DNA of 64,000 nt from assembly GCA_976551045.1 (NCBI GenBank), contig CDPCPM010000020.1:2852001-2916000 (forward strand), written 5' to 3'. A program made the position numbers and the translations under genes. This DNA comes from Glaucostegus cemiculus (lineage: Eukaryota). Below the pieces are notes generated by a model. It ran no database searches. It was not told the DNA's origin and saw nothing but the letters and a program-made list of their open reading frames with translations. Positions 52,365 to 64,000 of this stretch are shown piece by piece; position 1 is the stretch's first letter, and every line of letters starts with the position of its first letter.

Positions 52365-54110
52365 TGTCCTCTGGTTCCAAACACAGATTGCCCCTTTGGT
52401 CCTTAATGGGCCCCACTCTATCCCTGGTTACCATCTTGCTCTTAATATACTTCTAAAATGCTTTAGGATTTCCCTTAACAGTAGCTGCTCCCAGTCTACT
52501 TTTGTCAGGTCCTGCCTTATGAAATTCAAACCAGCCTCCAGCCACTCCCCACTCAATTCAGGACCTTAATTTCTGGTCTATCCTTACCTATTTCCATAGC
52601 TACTGTAAAACTTACAAAGTTATGGTGACTGTTTTTGAAATACTCACCCACTGACACTCTTGACTACTTGCCTGGCTACAAGATTAGGTCCAGTCCCACC
52701 CCTTCTATAGTTGGACTATCTATGTACTGGTTCAAAAAGCTCTTCCGGATGAGTTTAAAAATTCTACCCCCCTACACCTTTTAAAACGATCTGAATTAAT
52801 ATCGAGGAAGTTGAAATCCCATGCTACTCTAATCCTGTTATTCTTACACATCTCTGTGATTTGCCTACATATCTGCTCTTCTATCTCCCACTGACCTTTA
52901 GGAGGCCTGTAGTACAGCAAAGTGATTGCCCCCTTTTTGTTTCTAACCATGTAGCCTCGGTTGAAGAGCCTTCTAGGATATCCTCACTCATTACCGCAGT
53001 AATGAACTCCTTAATTAATATTGCAATGCCATTTCCTCTTCCACATCTCCCCACGGTCACACCTGAAGATTCTGTAGCCTGATGTGTTGAGTTGCTCATC
53101 CTGCTCTTCTTCCAATCATGTCTCTGTGACAGCAACAAAGTCATATTCCCATGTGTTGATCAATGCTCTCAGTTCAGGTACTTTACTAGTCAGACTCCTT
53201 GCATTGAAATAGATGCAATTTAGCCTTGCATTCCTCCCATGTGTCATATCACACCTACATTTGCTCTGTCTTCTGGACTGACTTAAATTTTCTTCTATAT
53301 TTACCTGTACCTCCGCCCCAACTGCACATCTACTTTGTGTGCCACTCCCCAGCTAAATTAATTTAACTCATCCCAACAGCAATAGCAAACCTCCCTGAAA
53401 GGACATTGGACCTGTTCCAGTTCAGGAGCAACCTGTCCAGCTTGCAAAGTTGCACCTTCTCCGATGATCCAAAAGCCTAAAGCCCTCCCTCCCACATCAT
53501 CTCTTCAGCCACACATTCATCCAACCTATCCTCCAATTCCTATGCTTGCTAACATGTGGTGCTGCAAGTCATCTAGAGATTACAATCTTAGAGGTCCTGC
53601 TTTTTAACCTTATACCAAGCTCCCTAAATTCACATTACAGGTCTTCATCCCTCTCTTTATCTATGCCGTTCGTACCAATATGAACCACAACCACAGGCTG
53701 TTTACCCTCCCCCTTTACAGTACCCTGCAACCATTCTGTTACATCCTTGACTCTGTGCAAGGAAGGAAACACACCATCCCCAACCCATAGTAGAATCTCC
53801 TGCTTACTCCCCTCACTATTGAGTCTCTTACCACTACTTTCCTTGGACTCTTGCTCCTCCTTCCTTGTGTAGTTGAACCATCCATGGTGCCGTGACCTTG
53901 GGTCTGGCTGCTCTCCTCAGAGATACACCCACTCCCACTTCCAACACAGAGAAATAGCTTGGGACTGAGATGCACTCTGAAGTTTCTCTGATGACCTACC
54001 TGCCTCCCTTCCTCTCCTGGTGATCACCCATTCCTTCTCTGACTTCCTTTCCTTAAGCTGCAGAGTGACCACCTTTAAAAACATGCTATCCCCTTAACTC
54101 AGCCTCATGG
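52365..54110 (-). mobile_element. CR1 LINE 5' part (ORF1 esterase-like and ORF2 endonuclease remnants)
   Basis: VVVRDSIVRGVSRRF (GDSIVRG-type), RGNGIAILIKE, YYRPP...WDFNFLDI peptides. Confidence 0.75.
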
Positions 54111-54164
54111 ATGCACTGTAAAGCTAGTAAAACTGAAGATAATGTGTCTCAAAGGGACAACAAT

Positions 54165-55000
54165 CTAATGGTTGTAGTCATACCTCACACAAAGGAAGAC
54201 GACTGTGGTTGTGAGAAGTGAATCATCGACCCCTGGAGATCACTGCGGGAGCTCCTCAGGGCAGTGTCCTGGGACCAACCATCTTCAGCTGCTTCATCAA
54301 TGATCCTCCCTCAGTCATAAGTAGGAATGTTCTCTGATGATTGCACAACGTTCAATTCCATTCATAACTCCTCAGCAAATGACCCAGTCCATTTCAGCAT
54401 GCAGCAAGACCTAGACAACATTTAGGCATGGGCTGATAAGTAGCAAGTAAGATCTGCACCACAAAAGTGCCAGGTAATGCTGATCTCTGACCAGGTTGAG
54501 TGTGACCACCTCTCCCTGACATTCAATGGCATTGCCAATGTTGAATTCACCACATCAGCATTCTAGGGTTCAGCATTTACCAGACACTCAGCTGGGCCAG
54601 CCACAGAGCAGGTCAGAGGCACCTATTCTGAACTGTCATGGGAAGAGATTATCAGGCAAACAGAGGAAAAGATTCACGGATGTATTCAACTTCTCCTTGA
54701 AAAAGTGCAGCATCTCCACTGACTTCTGGGAATCCCTAGCCCGTGATCACTCAGCATGAAAAAGGAGCATTCAAGATAGCATTGAGTCCATGCATCAGGA
54801 ACAGACAGCAGCCCTGCCTAAGCGGTGGAAGGAGCAGACCACTTTACAAACTACCCGACTGCCTGGTCCCTCAGGTACCTGCTGCCCTTCCTGTGGAAGA
54901 GAATGCAGCTCTCACAATGGCCTCAGTCACCTCAGAACCCATAAAACTGAAGTGGAAGCTAAATTATCCTCTAACCTGAGGGAATGGCTAAGAAAGAGAA
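54165..55000 (+). mobile_element. CR1/L2-group RT remnant (about 54165-54610) followed by an RTE-type 3' end (about 54620-55000)
   Basis: cctcagggcagtgtcctgggaccaaccatcttcagctgcttcatcaatga; GKQRKRFTD...WESLARD and CPSCGRECSSHNGLSHLRTH. Confidence 0.7.
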
Positions 55001-55479
55001 GCCGAAAATAACTTGAGACAACAATCAGTGAGGGGGATAGAATTGGTTACTACATAAATTGAATTTGTGGTAAAAACTAAAGACAATGGCTTTGTCTTTC
55101 TCAAAATTTAGTTGAATTTCATCTCATTTAGGACTAGATGGCAGGTAAGACAATTTACTATACTAACACCTTTACTATAATAACACATGCCTGAGGGCTT
55201 CATAGGATCATGATCAAATGGGAGCAAACGTAGATCAGCAAGTACAGTGTGATGGGTGACAGGAACTTGGTACTTTAGGATACTGGCAGCATGGATTTGC
55301 ATGTCTTCAACTGTACAGAGGGTAGAACATGGGAAGTCATCCAGGTATGTGCGGAAATAGTCACAACATAGGTTGTTAGAGGCTTATGGTTCTCATGTTG
55401 GCTACGACTGAATAGGTAACAGGTGAAGGCAGCCAAACTAAGTTGTATGTAGGAGAGGCATCAGAACAGCGTGATTACT

Positions 55480-56100
55480 TTTGTGAATGAATGCATTGGA
55501 GATAGACAGACAGGCAAGACATAATAAATGGTAGGAAAATGAAAAGTGCGGAGGAACAGAGGGAGTGAATACCCACCGGTCCCTGAAGTTGGTAGACCTG
55601 GTAGATAAGAAGGGTATACAAGATTCTTTCTAGTACTGGATTTAAGAGCCCAGAGGTTGTGCTCAGATTGTACACAACGCTATTTCGATTACAGCTTGAG
55701 TATACATATGGTTTTGGTCACCACATTACAGACAGGAGTGATAGCATCAGAGATTTACAAAGATGTTGGGATGGAGAATTTTATCTTTGAGGAGAGATTG
55801 CCTAAGCTGGGTTTGTTTCCTTTAGAACAGAAAAGGCTGAAGTGAAATTTATTTGAACTGCATAAAATTATCAGAGGTTTATATTAGGTGAAAAGGAAGG
55901 ACCTATTTACCTTAGTAGAGAGGTTAGTAACTCGGGGATATAGATTAAAGGTAATAGGTCTGCACATTTAAAAAAAATACCTGGATGAGCACTTGTCTTT
56001 ACCTAATAAGGCAACAGACAGAGTGGTGGGAGGTTGGATGTGCCTGAATATTTCTATTTTGCTTGGCATGAATACTATGAATCAAATAGCTTGTTTGCCA
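55480..56100 (+). mobile_element. Degenerate CR1 3' fragment
   Basis: GMENFIFEERLPKLGLFPLEQKRLK peptide. Confidence 0.7.
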
Positions 56101-56674
56101 TGAATTTTCATTCTTTCACAAACTGCAGCAAAGACTGCACACATGCTGATATGGATGAGAAGGGACAGCTTATCACAATCACAGACTATGTAACTTGTGA
56201 ATCTGAAGGGGGCTATTTCAGTACTGCAGTGGATGGATACCCAATTAGAGAAATTGAAGCTGTTGGAATGAAGGTTATGTGATTATGGAAGTGACAATAC
56301 ATTCAAGGATTTTGGAGCAGATACAGAGGTTGGAGATACTACTTTTAATTAGCTGATCTCCAGTTGACTCTGATACTCCGTGAAAGCTTTTTCACTAGTG
56401 TGGAAGGCCCTGAAAATCATGCAGTATTTTACAGAAATGAAAGCTCCATGACATTGTTAATTGGGTATAATTTAATTTTGTGGTTATAAATATACTTTTG
56501 CCTTCAGTTTAGTAGATTACAAGCTCCAATACAAAATAAGACTGAAATGCCTCAAGTACTGATCAGAAAAACTTCCAACACTTTCTAGTCCACAAAAGCT
56601 GCTGTTCTTTTGAACACTTTATGCAATGCAACTTGTGGCGATAAAAGCACAAATTAAGTTAGGGGATCTTATTT

Positions 56675-56900
56675 AAAAACAGAAAAATGCTCAGCAGGAC
56701 AGGCAGCGTCTGTGGAGAGACAAACGGTTTACGTTGCTTCATCAGAACTGCAATGGGGTGAGGGTCGAAAGAAATGGTAATGAGACAAGAAACAACAAAC
56801 GGATCTGAACCGCTACCTCTATTTCTCACAGATGCTGCCTGATATGCCGAGTATTCCAGTTTTTTGTGCTTTTATTTCAGATTGCCAGCTTCTACAGTCT
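56675..56900. repeat. Penelope-type fold-back (inverted terminal) element upstream of CERS6-like promoter
   Basis: caggcagcgtctgtggagaga ... tctcacagatgctgcctg inverted arms. Confidence 0.65.
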
Positions 56901-57039
56901 TTTGCTTTGGAGTTTGAACAGTTATTGAGATGCTCGTATTTAAGTGAAGTGCTGAGAGGGCCAGTGCAAGTTGCCTGACAGATCGACTCGCTAACTGATA
57001 CCTAACATGTTGCAGGGGCCTCAGTAATACCTTCTTGCG

Positions 57040-57720
57040 ATCTCCGTTGAGTGGGATTGCAGCGCCACAAGGCATCTTCTCGTGTGGATGACGTTCGTTG
57101 AAAAGGGCTGGGCCCCCTTCTTGGTGACGTCATCCAGTGGTTATTAGGCGGTTCGGCGCCGCCCCACTCGGGCCAGACGGAGCGCGAGAAAGAAGAGGAG
57201 CCCAAACTCGCCTCATTCACCCAAACATGGCGGGCTTCTCAGCCTGGTTTTGGAACGAGAGGTTTTGGCTCCCTCACAATGTCACCTGGGCCGACCTCAA
57301 GAACACGGATGGCGCCGAATACCCTCAGGCCGCCGACTTGTACTTCGCCTTCCCGCTGGCAATCGGCATCTTCTTCGTCCGCCTGGCGTTCGAGAGGTGA
57401 GGGGGAAGGGAGCGGGGGGGGGGGGGGGGGGAGAGGAAGAGAACTGTGATTGACTGACAAGGTATCGCAATCAATCGGAGCTTATAGCCCCACGCTGCTA
57501 GAGGGGACTCGTGGTCCCGCCCACCTTCCATGGGCGGGAGAATGCAGAGCCAGGGGCGTTGATTGGTCTGCTGGTTGCCTCCGTTGTCAGCTGCACGTGG
57601 CACCCGCGCTTCCCATTGACGCTCCGGCGCTGTCGATCATTGGAGTGATCTGTCAGCGAGTAATGGGGGGGCGGTGGAGGAGAAGTGTGGTCGGGGAGTG
57701 GTGTGATTATTGACTCACTC
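57040..57720 (+). promoter_or_regulatory. CpG island / promoter of the CERS6-like gene
   Basis: Dense CpGs and high GC around exon 1; full CRE TGACGTCA at 57125-57132, half-CRE TGACG near 57089, GC-box-like cgccgcccc. Confidence 0.8.
57227..57396 (+). CDS. CERS6: Ceramide synthase (CERS6-like, CERS5/6 clade) coding exon 1 ([57 protein letters not shown])
   Basis: Kozak aaacATGg; [21 protein letters not shown] motif including the N-glycosylation site NVT; phase-2 donor AG|GTGAGG; 170 nt; exon 2 not found in the window. Confidence 0.92.
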
Positions 57721-58469
57721 GAGCACTTCTCAGTGTGTTTTGGTAAATGCCTGATGTTAACGGTTATGTTTGCTTTTATTTCTTGCATCAGTAAAGATAA
57801 CTGAAGAAAGTGCAGTTGGCATAACACTGATTTTATTTTGTGTGTTACTTCTGGGACAAATTTCTGGGTGGATTTTATTGATCGGAGGGCTTTTAGCCAC
57901 TCTGGTCAACTAATCTTTGGTGAAGGAGGAAAGCCTGAAGTGATGTGACCAGGAATGTATCTCTCTGACCAAAGTTGGGGAAATCACTGGAATCATAATG
58001 ATCTGTAGCACATCACTGTGCCTGCATCATTGTCCTTTCCTCAGTAAGTACTTGATCGCTGAAGGTGTGAGAAATGCTGTTCCTGCTGCTTCTGGGGCAG
58101 TCCCACGCAGTGAGGCTGTTGTGAAAACCTTAGATTCTCCCATAGATTGAGGCAGGTACTAGCTGATGGGGAGGGCAGGTGGTTAGTTTGTGAGGTGGTG
58201 CACTTAAGCAGGGCCTCAATGTGCTCCTGATGCATGGCCTTGGTTCTCAATGCCATCCTGAATGCTGCTTCTCCACTTTGCGTGCCATGGACCAGAAAAT
58301 CCTAGGAGTCAGTGGGGTGAAAGGTGTGTGGTGTATTTGTGCTCTCCACTGGCCTCTAAATGTGCAAAGTCAGCATTTTTAAAAGTTGTCACGTGCATTC
58401 TCCAAAATGCCTTGATTTTTAGAGTGCTTAAAAGAAGATTGATCAGGAAGAATGACATGTACAGTTTTC

Positions 58470-58695
58470 TGAAAAGCAAAATGCAGGTGCTGGAAATCTG
58501 AAATGAAAATGGAAAATGCTGTAAATACACAGTGAGTTGAGCATCTGTGGAGTGAGACACAGTTAATATTTTGGGTTAATGGCCCTATATCATAACTGTT
58601 CTGATGAAAGGTCATTGACCTGAAACATTGGCTATGTTTCTCTTGGCACATATGCTGCCAGACTTATGGTGTATCCTTGGCATTTTCTGATTTAA
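58470..58695. repeat. Penelope-type fold-back element with hammerhead-like core
   Basis: Inverted arms around ctgatgaaaggtcattgacctgaaac. Confidence 0.65.
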
Positions 58696-60299
58696 TATAC
58701 TATTTGACTGTAGTTTAACTATTGGGATAGTTTACAAGTTCTTTATTGAAACTGCACTGTTCTACAGTAGTATTGTTCTTAAACCTTTCTGATATTGTTT
58801 GCTGACAGTTCTGAACAGATTTCCTATTGTGATCGTATCCATCTGACCTGTGGTGGCTCAATGAGCAGGTTCAGTCCCTTCTGTGGTATTGACCCATGCA
58901 TATTAGAAGTGTGGATTTGAGTCCTGCTTTGTAAAGAGTTATTTATCAAGGCTGTAGTGGACATTTCATTTTTGTCTTTAATTATCCTTGCTTTGGAGAA
59001 AAAGTTTTGGAAATAGTTATCATGGATTACCAACTTCTGAGCTCTGTGCTCTTCCATTATCCCCACCCTCCTTCCCACTGCAGGGTCCAGGTTGTGATGA
59101 TTTCCAAGATTCAATTGATACTATATCAAATGAGGAGGAATGGAAGGGATGGTAGAGAAGATATTTTGTCTTGTGGGCATGTGGTTTGACTGGTTTAATA
59201 ACAGGAACTTGGAATGAAGTACATGCTTACAGTGTAAGTCCTGAATTTCCACTTTTGCAGGGTGATTTTTGTGCTAGTTGTGTGGTGAGCATATCCCTGG
59301 ATGTAGTGACTTGATATAATTTGATTACTTCGGCCTAACACTGAAACCTAATGGAATATGGGTATTCTACAGTGGATTGTGGCCATTCTCAATCTGAGTT
59401 CTGCAACTTCTACTAAAGAATATTCAAACTGTTTGAAGACATTTTAAGTTCCATCTGTAGCTGATGACACTTGCACCTTAAATATGAGGTTTAGTTTTGT
59501 TTGGGGGGGGATTTGGAAAGGGGGATCTAGATCTACCAGCTCTGTTAGACTGGTTGATAACACTTGCTCACCCCAATCTCCTCCACCTCCCCAACCTTTC
59601 TTCCCCTCCCCAGTCCCTCTAACCATACACTACTGGAATGTTCCAGGGATAAAATGTTGGTTTAAAGCCTGCGCAAGATTTGTGTGTAGGAAATGCATAA
59701 GATCCAAATTTCACCAGAAAAATTCAAGAATTGTCAAGGGGATCCCATTGTTGGCCTGAGCTATGTCCTTTTTGTTTTGTTTTTGTCTCTTCAGCATTGC
59801 CATGAGGACTGTTTCCAGTGCATTGGTTCAACAATTGACCATTGTGTAATTAATCACCCTACTTCAAAATTGTACAAGCACAACCCCAGATTTGACAGAT
59901 GACTTGTGTCCACTGTGACTCTACTGAGACTGATGGTCTTCACGTATTCTTTTTATTGAGGTGGTCATATTTGTAAACCATGAAGTGTTCATTGTTGTTT
60001 CATTCTTGTTCAGTCACTTGACCTGTCACCTAGTGATCTGATTGCCCACTAGCCATCCTTCTAAAGCTGGGTGGGCAGATTCAAAACCTGGGTTGTTACC
60101 CTTTCTAGATTTGTTGGCTGGTAATAGTATGTGGAATTGTTGGGTTATTTTAAATTGAAAATGAATTGAGAATTCATTTACTCCAGAAAAATGGTTCTGA
60201 ATTAACTGCTTCACTGTGTAGCCAACCTAAAATCCCAAGCTTTTTGCCCAACAACAAAATGTGATTCTTGCCTCTCGCTGGAGATCTCATGGTTTCCCC

Positions 60300-61555
60300 A
60301 GGGGTGAGCATAAGAAATAGGAGCTAGGCATACACCTCATTGGGCTTGCTCTGCCATTCAATAGATCATGGCTGAGTTGATCTTGGTCTCAGTTCCACCT
60401 TCCTGACTGTTCTCCATAACCCTTGACTCCCCTTTAGAGCAAAAATCCTGTGTATACTTGGCAATTACAGTCTTTGGGTTGAGAATTTCTTCCTCCTCCT
60501 GGGGCTTCAAGGGCTGTCCCACTTCATCATGCAGTTATGCACCCCCTCAGCTACACTCCGGTACCAGAGTAAACCATCTACGCTGTCAAGGTCTCTCAGA
60601 ACCTTGTATGGTTTACTACGATTACTTGGGACGTGTTCAGCACAGCTTAGTGGGCCGAAGGGCCTGAATTGTGCTGTAGGTTTTCTATGTCCTAAATTCC
60701 AGACAACGTAGGCCTGATCTGCTTGACCATTGAGAAGACTCCATCTCTGGAATTAGATTAGAGATTGTATAAATTATGTGGGATGTATTGAAGAGACCAA
60801 TGGGCATTTGCAAACACATCAAGAATGACCCATGGGCAAAAAGGTTAAAAAGGAGAGATGGAACAATACTTTTAGCCGGAATTTCATCTTAACACACAAG
60901 CAGGATGTTTATAAATGGAGAGCATAACATTGTGTTGGAAGTGGCAACGCAGGTTGAAGACTGTATGGCATGCTTGCCTTCATAGGTTGGGACATAAAAC
61001 AACATCCAACTCTTATATTCTAAGTTGCAACATGCTGGTTGGACAACACCTTGAGTATTGTGTGCAGTTCTGGTCACCACATTATAGAAAGGATGTGGTT
61101 GCACTGGGGAGAGTGCAGAGGAGATTAACCAGGATGTTGCCTGGATTGGATGACTAGTTATGGGGACAGATTGGATAGGCTGGGTTTGTTTTCCCTGGAG
61201 TGAAAGAGGCTGAGGGGTGACCTGATAGGTGTATAAAATTACAAGAAGCATAGATAGGGTAGAGGGTCAAAATCTTTATCCCATAATGGGTGGATCAAAA
61301 ACAAGAGGGCATAGGTTTAAGGTGAGAGGAAGGGGATCTGAGGGGTAATTTATTTTTAAGTTATTGATATCTGGAATGTGCTGTCAGAGGTGGTGGTGGA
61401 ATTGGGTGCAATTGCTACTTTTAAGAAGTGCTTAGACAGATGCTTAAGTAGACAAGGCATAGCAGTCCTGATGTGGGCAAATGGGGTTAGTATAGAAAAG
61501 TGAGAGGTCAGCGTGGACATGGTGGGCCAAAGTGCTTGTACGATTCTCTGTGACT
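60300..61555. mobile_element. CR1 fragments (- about 60310-60750; + about 60880-61555)
   Basis: LVGQHLEYCVQFWSPHYRKDVVALGRVQRRLTRMLPGL peptide and 3' UTR. Confidence 0.75.
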
Positions 61556-63315
61556 AAGTGGTGAATAGCAACAAAGAATTAATGTGCTGTTGAATAGTGG
61601 CTGATGATTCTCTGATAAACCAGCTGAAAATAGAAACTTGCTTATATGAGCTGTAGGAAGGGTTGGAGTCTCTCAGCCTGGCTGTGACCTGTTGGGGAAA
61701 TTGTAAACTGCACAGGCCAAATAATTGGGGGAAAATAGTAGAGGCAAGAAAGAAACTTTGTTTTTATGAATGAGAAAACAGAAAAACAACTGACTTGTTG
61801 CTCCAGTCATCTGAAATGGTACATGAGCTGTTTTCATGTATTGTAAACAAGATATGGGCAATAATAAATGTGCCATATTGTCACGTAAAAGGCAAGGGTA
61901 ACAGTCCAACAGCCTTGTGATTATCGCACTAACTTAGTTCTTTATAATAGCTGAGGGAAGGTAAAGAATGTGACTTGTTCCACTGTAAATTCCCTGAACT
62001 GTTATCAGCAGTACAGAAGAGCTGGGTTATCATTTTCCTATTTTGAATGATTGCAAATGCAGAAGGTCATCGAATCTTGAACTTTGCATTGTTGAACAAG
62101 TAAATATTGAGTGATTTTTCTTTAAATTGTATAGATATCAAATGTCTTGCCTGCATTTGGGCATGCCCCAAATACAGTGCATGGGTTGGAGCCTTATTGA
62201 GCTGCACCCTGTAGTAGGATGTGGGTGTTGTATCAGGGGATTATTTTTTCCCCCAACCTCTTCTGCTCTGTGCTCGGGTTAAGATTGTATATCGAGAGTA
62301 TCATTGGAGTAGTGGTTTAAGTTTCTGAACTAGTATTTGGAGGTCTGCACTATTATTTCTGAAAGATGTGAATATCTATCCCATCACATCAGATGAGAGA
62401 TTTGACTGGATTGTTGCAAAAGAAAAATTGCTGAAATTTCATCTATGTGACTCTAGATCCCTGGTTTAATGGAAGAAATAAGGAGAGTTGGAAGAAACTA
62501 TTGTGATGGTCATGTGGCCAAAGGAAGCTTGTTAGAGGAACCAGGGAATATATCCTTGATATTTGGACTCTGGAATGAATGCAGGAGTTCCTCAAACTTG
62601 ATGTTTATTAAGTCTGGCCAATATATGCTTGGATGACCTGATTCTCTATGAAGAGCAAGAGATATTGCTGGTTCCCAGGATGACCTTGGATACCACTATT
62701 GCCAGATTTCAAAGTCCAAAGCTCTGCTTCACATGTAATTGGCTGCATTTGCTAAAGGTTACCTTTGCATAAAGTGGTCAACATTTTTTTAATAGTTCCC
62801 TGTTGGGGACAAGAAGTTAGCTCAAGCTTTTACCTTGCTTTGATGTTCTTTACATATAATAAATCACTTTCACTGCTTTGAACATTGTTTTCTTTACCTG
62901 GGGATTTGTGTGCTTGGTAACTTTCCGTTAGTCTGTGGGGTGGGACTTGCAAACGGGTGCTTGCTTTGAGTATTAGCCTTGCTGTCTAGAAGGTGGTTCC
63001 ATGTGAGTCAGAAGGAAGGTAATGAGCACACAAGCTGAGTGTTTCCTCAGTAGAGTGCTTGCATGCAGTCACAATGACACATTATTGGACCACTGATGCC
63101 AATTCCTTTGTGCTAATGGAATGACAGCTTCAGGCTGACTTGCCATTTGAAGCCTCCAGATTCTCAGCCAGCTCTCGTGCTGAAAGTATAAAGAGACTAA
63201 ATTGTTGAGGATCATTACAAATGCACGTGTCTAATTTTGTGTGTTTTAAAGCTTAGATTTATTACTGAAAATCTTTGAAGAGTCTACTTGTCACTGTGAC
63301 TTCGCATGAAATTAT

Positions 63316-63480
63316 TAAATTGGTTTATTATTGTCACATGTACTGAGGTACAGTGAAAAACATTTATGCCATCCATACAGAGCATTTCATTACAACAATG
63401 CATAGAGGTAGGACAAGGCAAAACAATAACAGAATGTAGAATAAAGTGTTACAGTTACAGAACAGTGAAGGTCAAGGTGA
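63316..63480 (-). mobile_element. Rex-Babar-type 3' tail fragment
   Basis: ttggtttattattgtcacatgtactgaggtacagtgaaaaa is the reverse complement of the tail at 20130-20175. Confidence 0.7.
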
Positions 63481-63582
63481 TCCTTACATTTTCATAAAAC
63501 AAATTTTATTTGCTTTTTTAAAAATGGTATTCAGTAAAATCTAAATCTGGGATTTGATGGTTCAGTGGCTGGCTCAATTATT

Positions 63583-63770
63583 AGTCCAGAATGTGAGCCA
63601 GGGGCCCAGAGTGCAAAGAAGAGTGTGTGGCCAGAGCCAGGGGTCCAGAGTGTGGCTGGGGTCTGAATTGTGGGCCAGGTGTGTGACCAGAGTCGGTGTT
63701 GGGGTCCAGAACACCAGTGGTCAGGAATGTGGGTAAGTATGCACCAGAGCTGGGGTTGAGAGTGTTTGTA
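63583..63770. repeat. Degenerate G-rich CCAGA(G)-containing tandem-like low-complexity repeat
   Basis: Recurrent (g/t)ccagagtgtg(g) motif at irregular spacing. Confidence 0.5.
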
Positions 63771-64000
63771 TATTTCCTGCTCCCTTTAAACTCATTGTGC
63801 TCACTGGAAAATTTATCATACAACTGTAACAAGTGTTTTTAGTTATTAATAATTGATAGTCCAGAAAATCTGTCGTTGTGGCACTACCAAAGTCCCAAAT
63901 GTGCCAGATTATTGAGTTTTTCTATATTCTTCTGCTATCTTTGGTTTCTGTAATGGTGTCATATCTTTCAACCAATGTTCCAGACTCTGTGAGGAAGGGT

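Noticed and set aside
57137-57226. N-terminal extension of the CERS ORF shown in the ORF track
   Set aside because: Begins at a GTG; family homology and Kozak context start at ATG 57227.
59767-59850. Strong polypyrimidine tract and AG (59793-59794) as possible CERS6 exon 2
   Set aside because: In-phase translation (SIAMRTVSSALVQQLTIV*) hits a stop and does not match CERS5/6 exon 2; at most a cryptic acceptor.
63583-63770. CRISPR-like or regular repeat array
   Set aside because: Irregular unit length and no constant repeat-spacer structure; eukaryotic low-complexity sequence.

Overview
Vertebrate genomic DNA with intron-exon structure. The repeat content (CR1 LINEs, V-SINEs, Deu-domain SINEs, Rex-Babar, Penelope) points to a cartilaginous fish, probably a ray or shark; this is an inference. 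Two divergently transcribed genes are present. (1) On the minus strand, coding exons 1-9 (31446 down to 196) of a SPAK/OSR1-family STE20 kinase closest to STK39. All splice sites are GT-AG, the phases are consistent, and the gene continues beyond the left edge. (2) On the plus strand, coding exon 1 (57227-57396) of a CERS6-like ceramide synthase inside a CpG island. Almost all ORFs in the supplied track are transposon remnants or noise. Most notable: the kinase lacks the PAPA box and has private substitutions, so it may be a separate paralogue. A TIR-bearing Tigger fossil has a transposase strongly resembling mammalian JRK (Jerky). Several Penelope-derived elements carry hammerhead-ribozyme-like cores. 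An intronic CpG island may be an alternative first exon. Repeat boundaries and family names were judged by eye and are approximate, and comparisons to human proteins are from memory.
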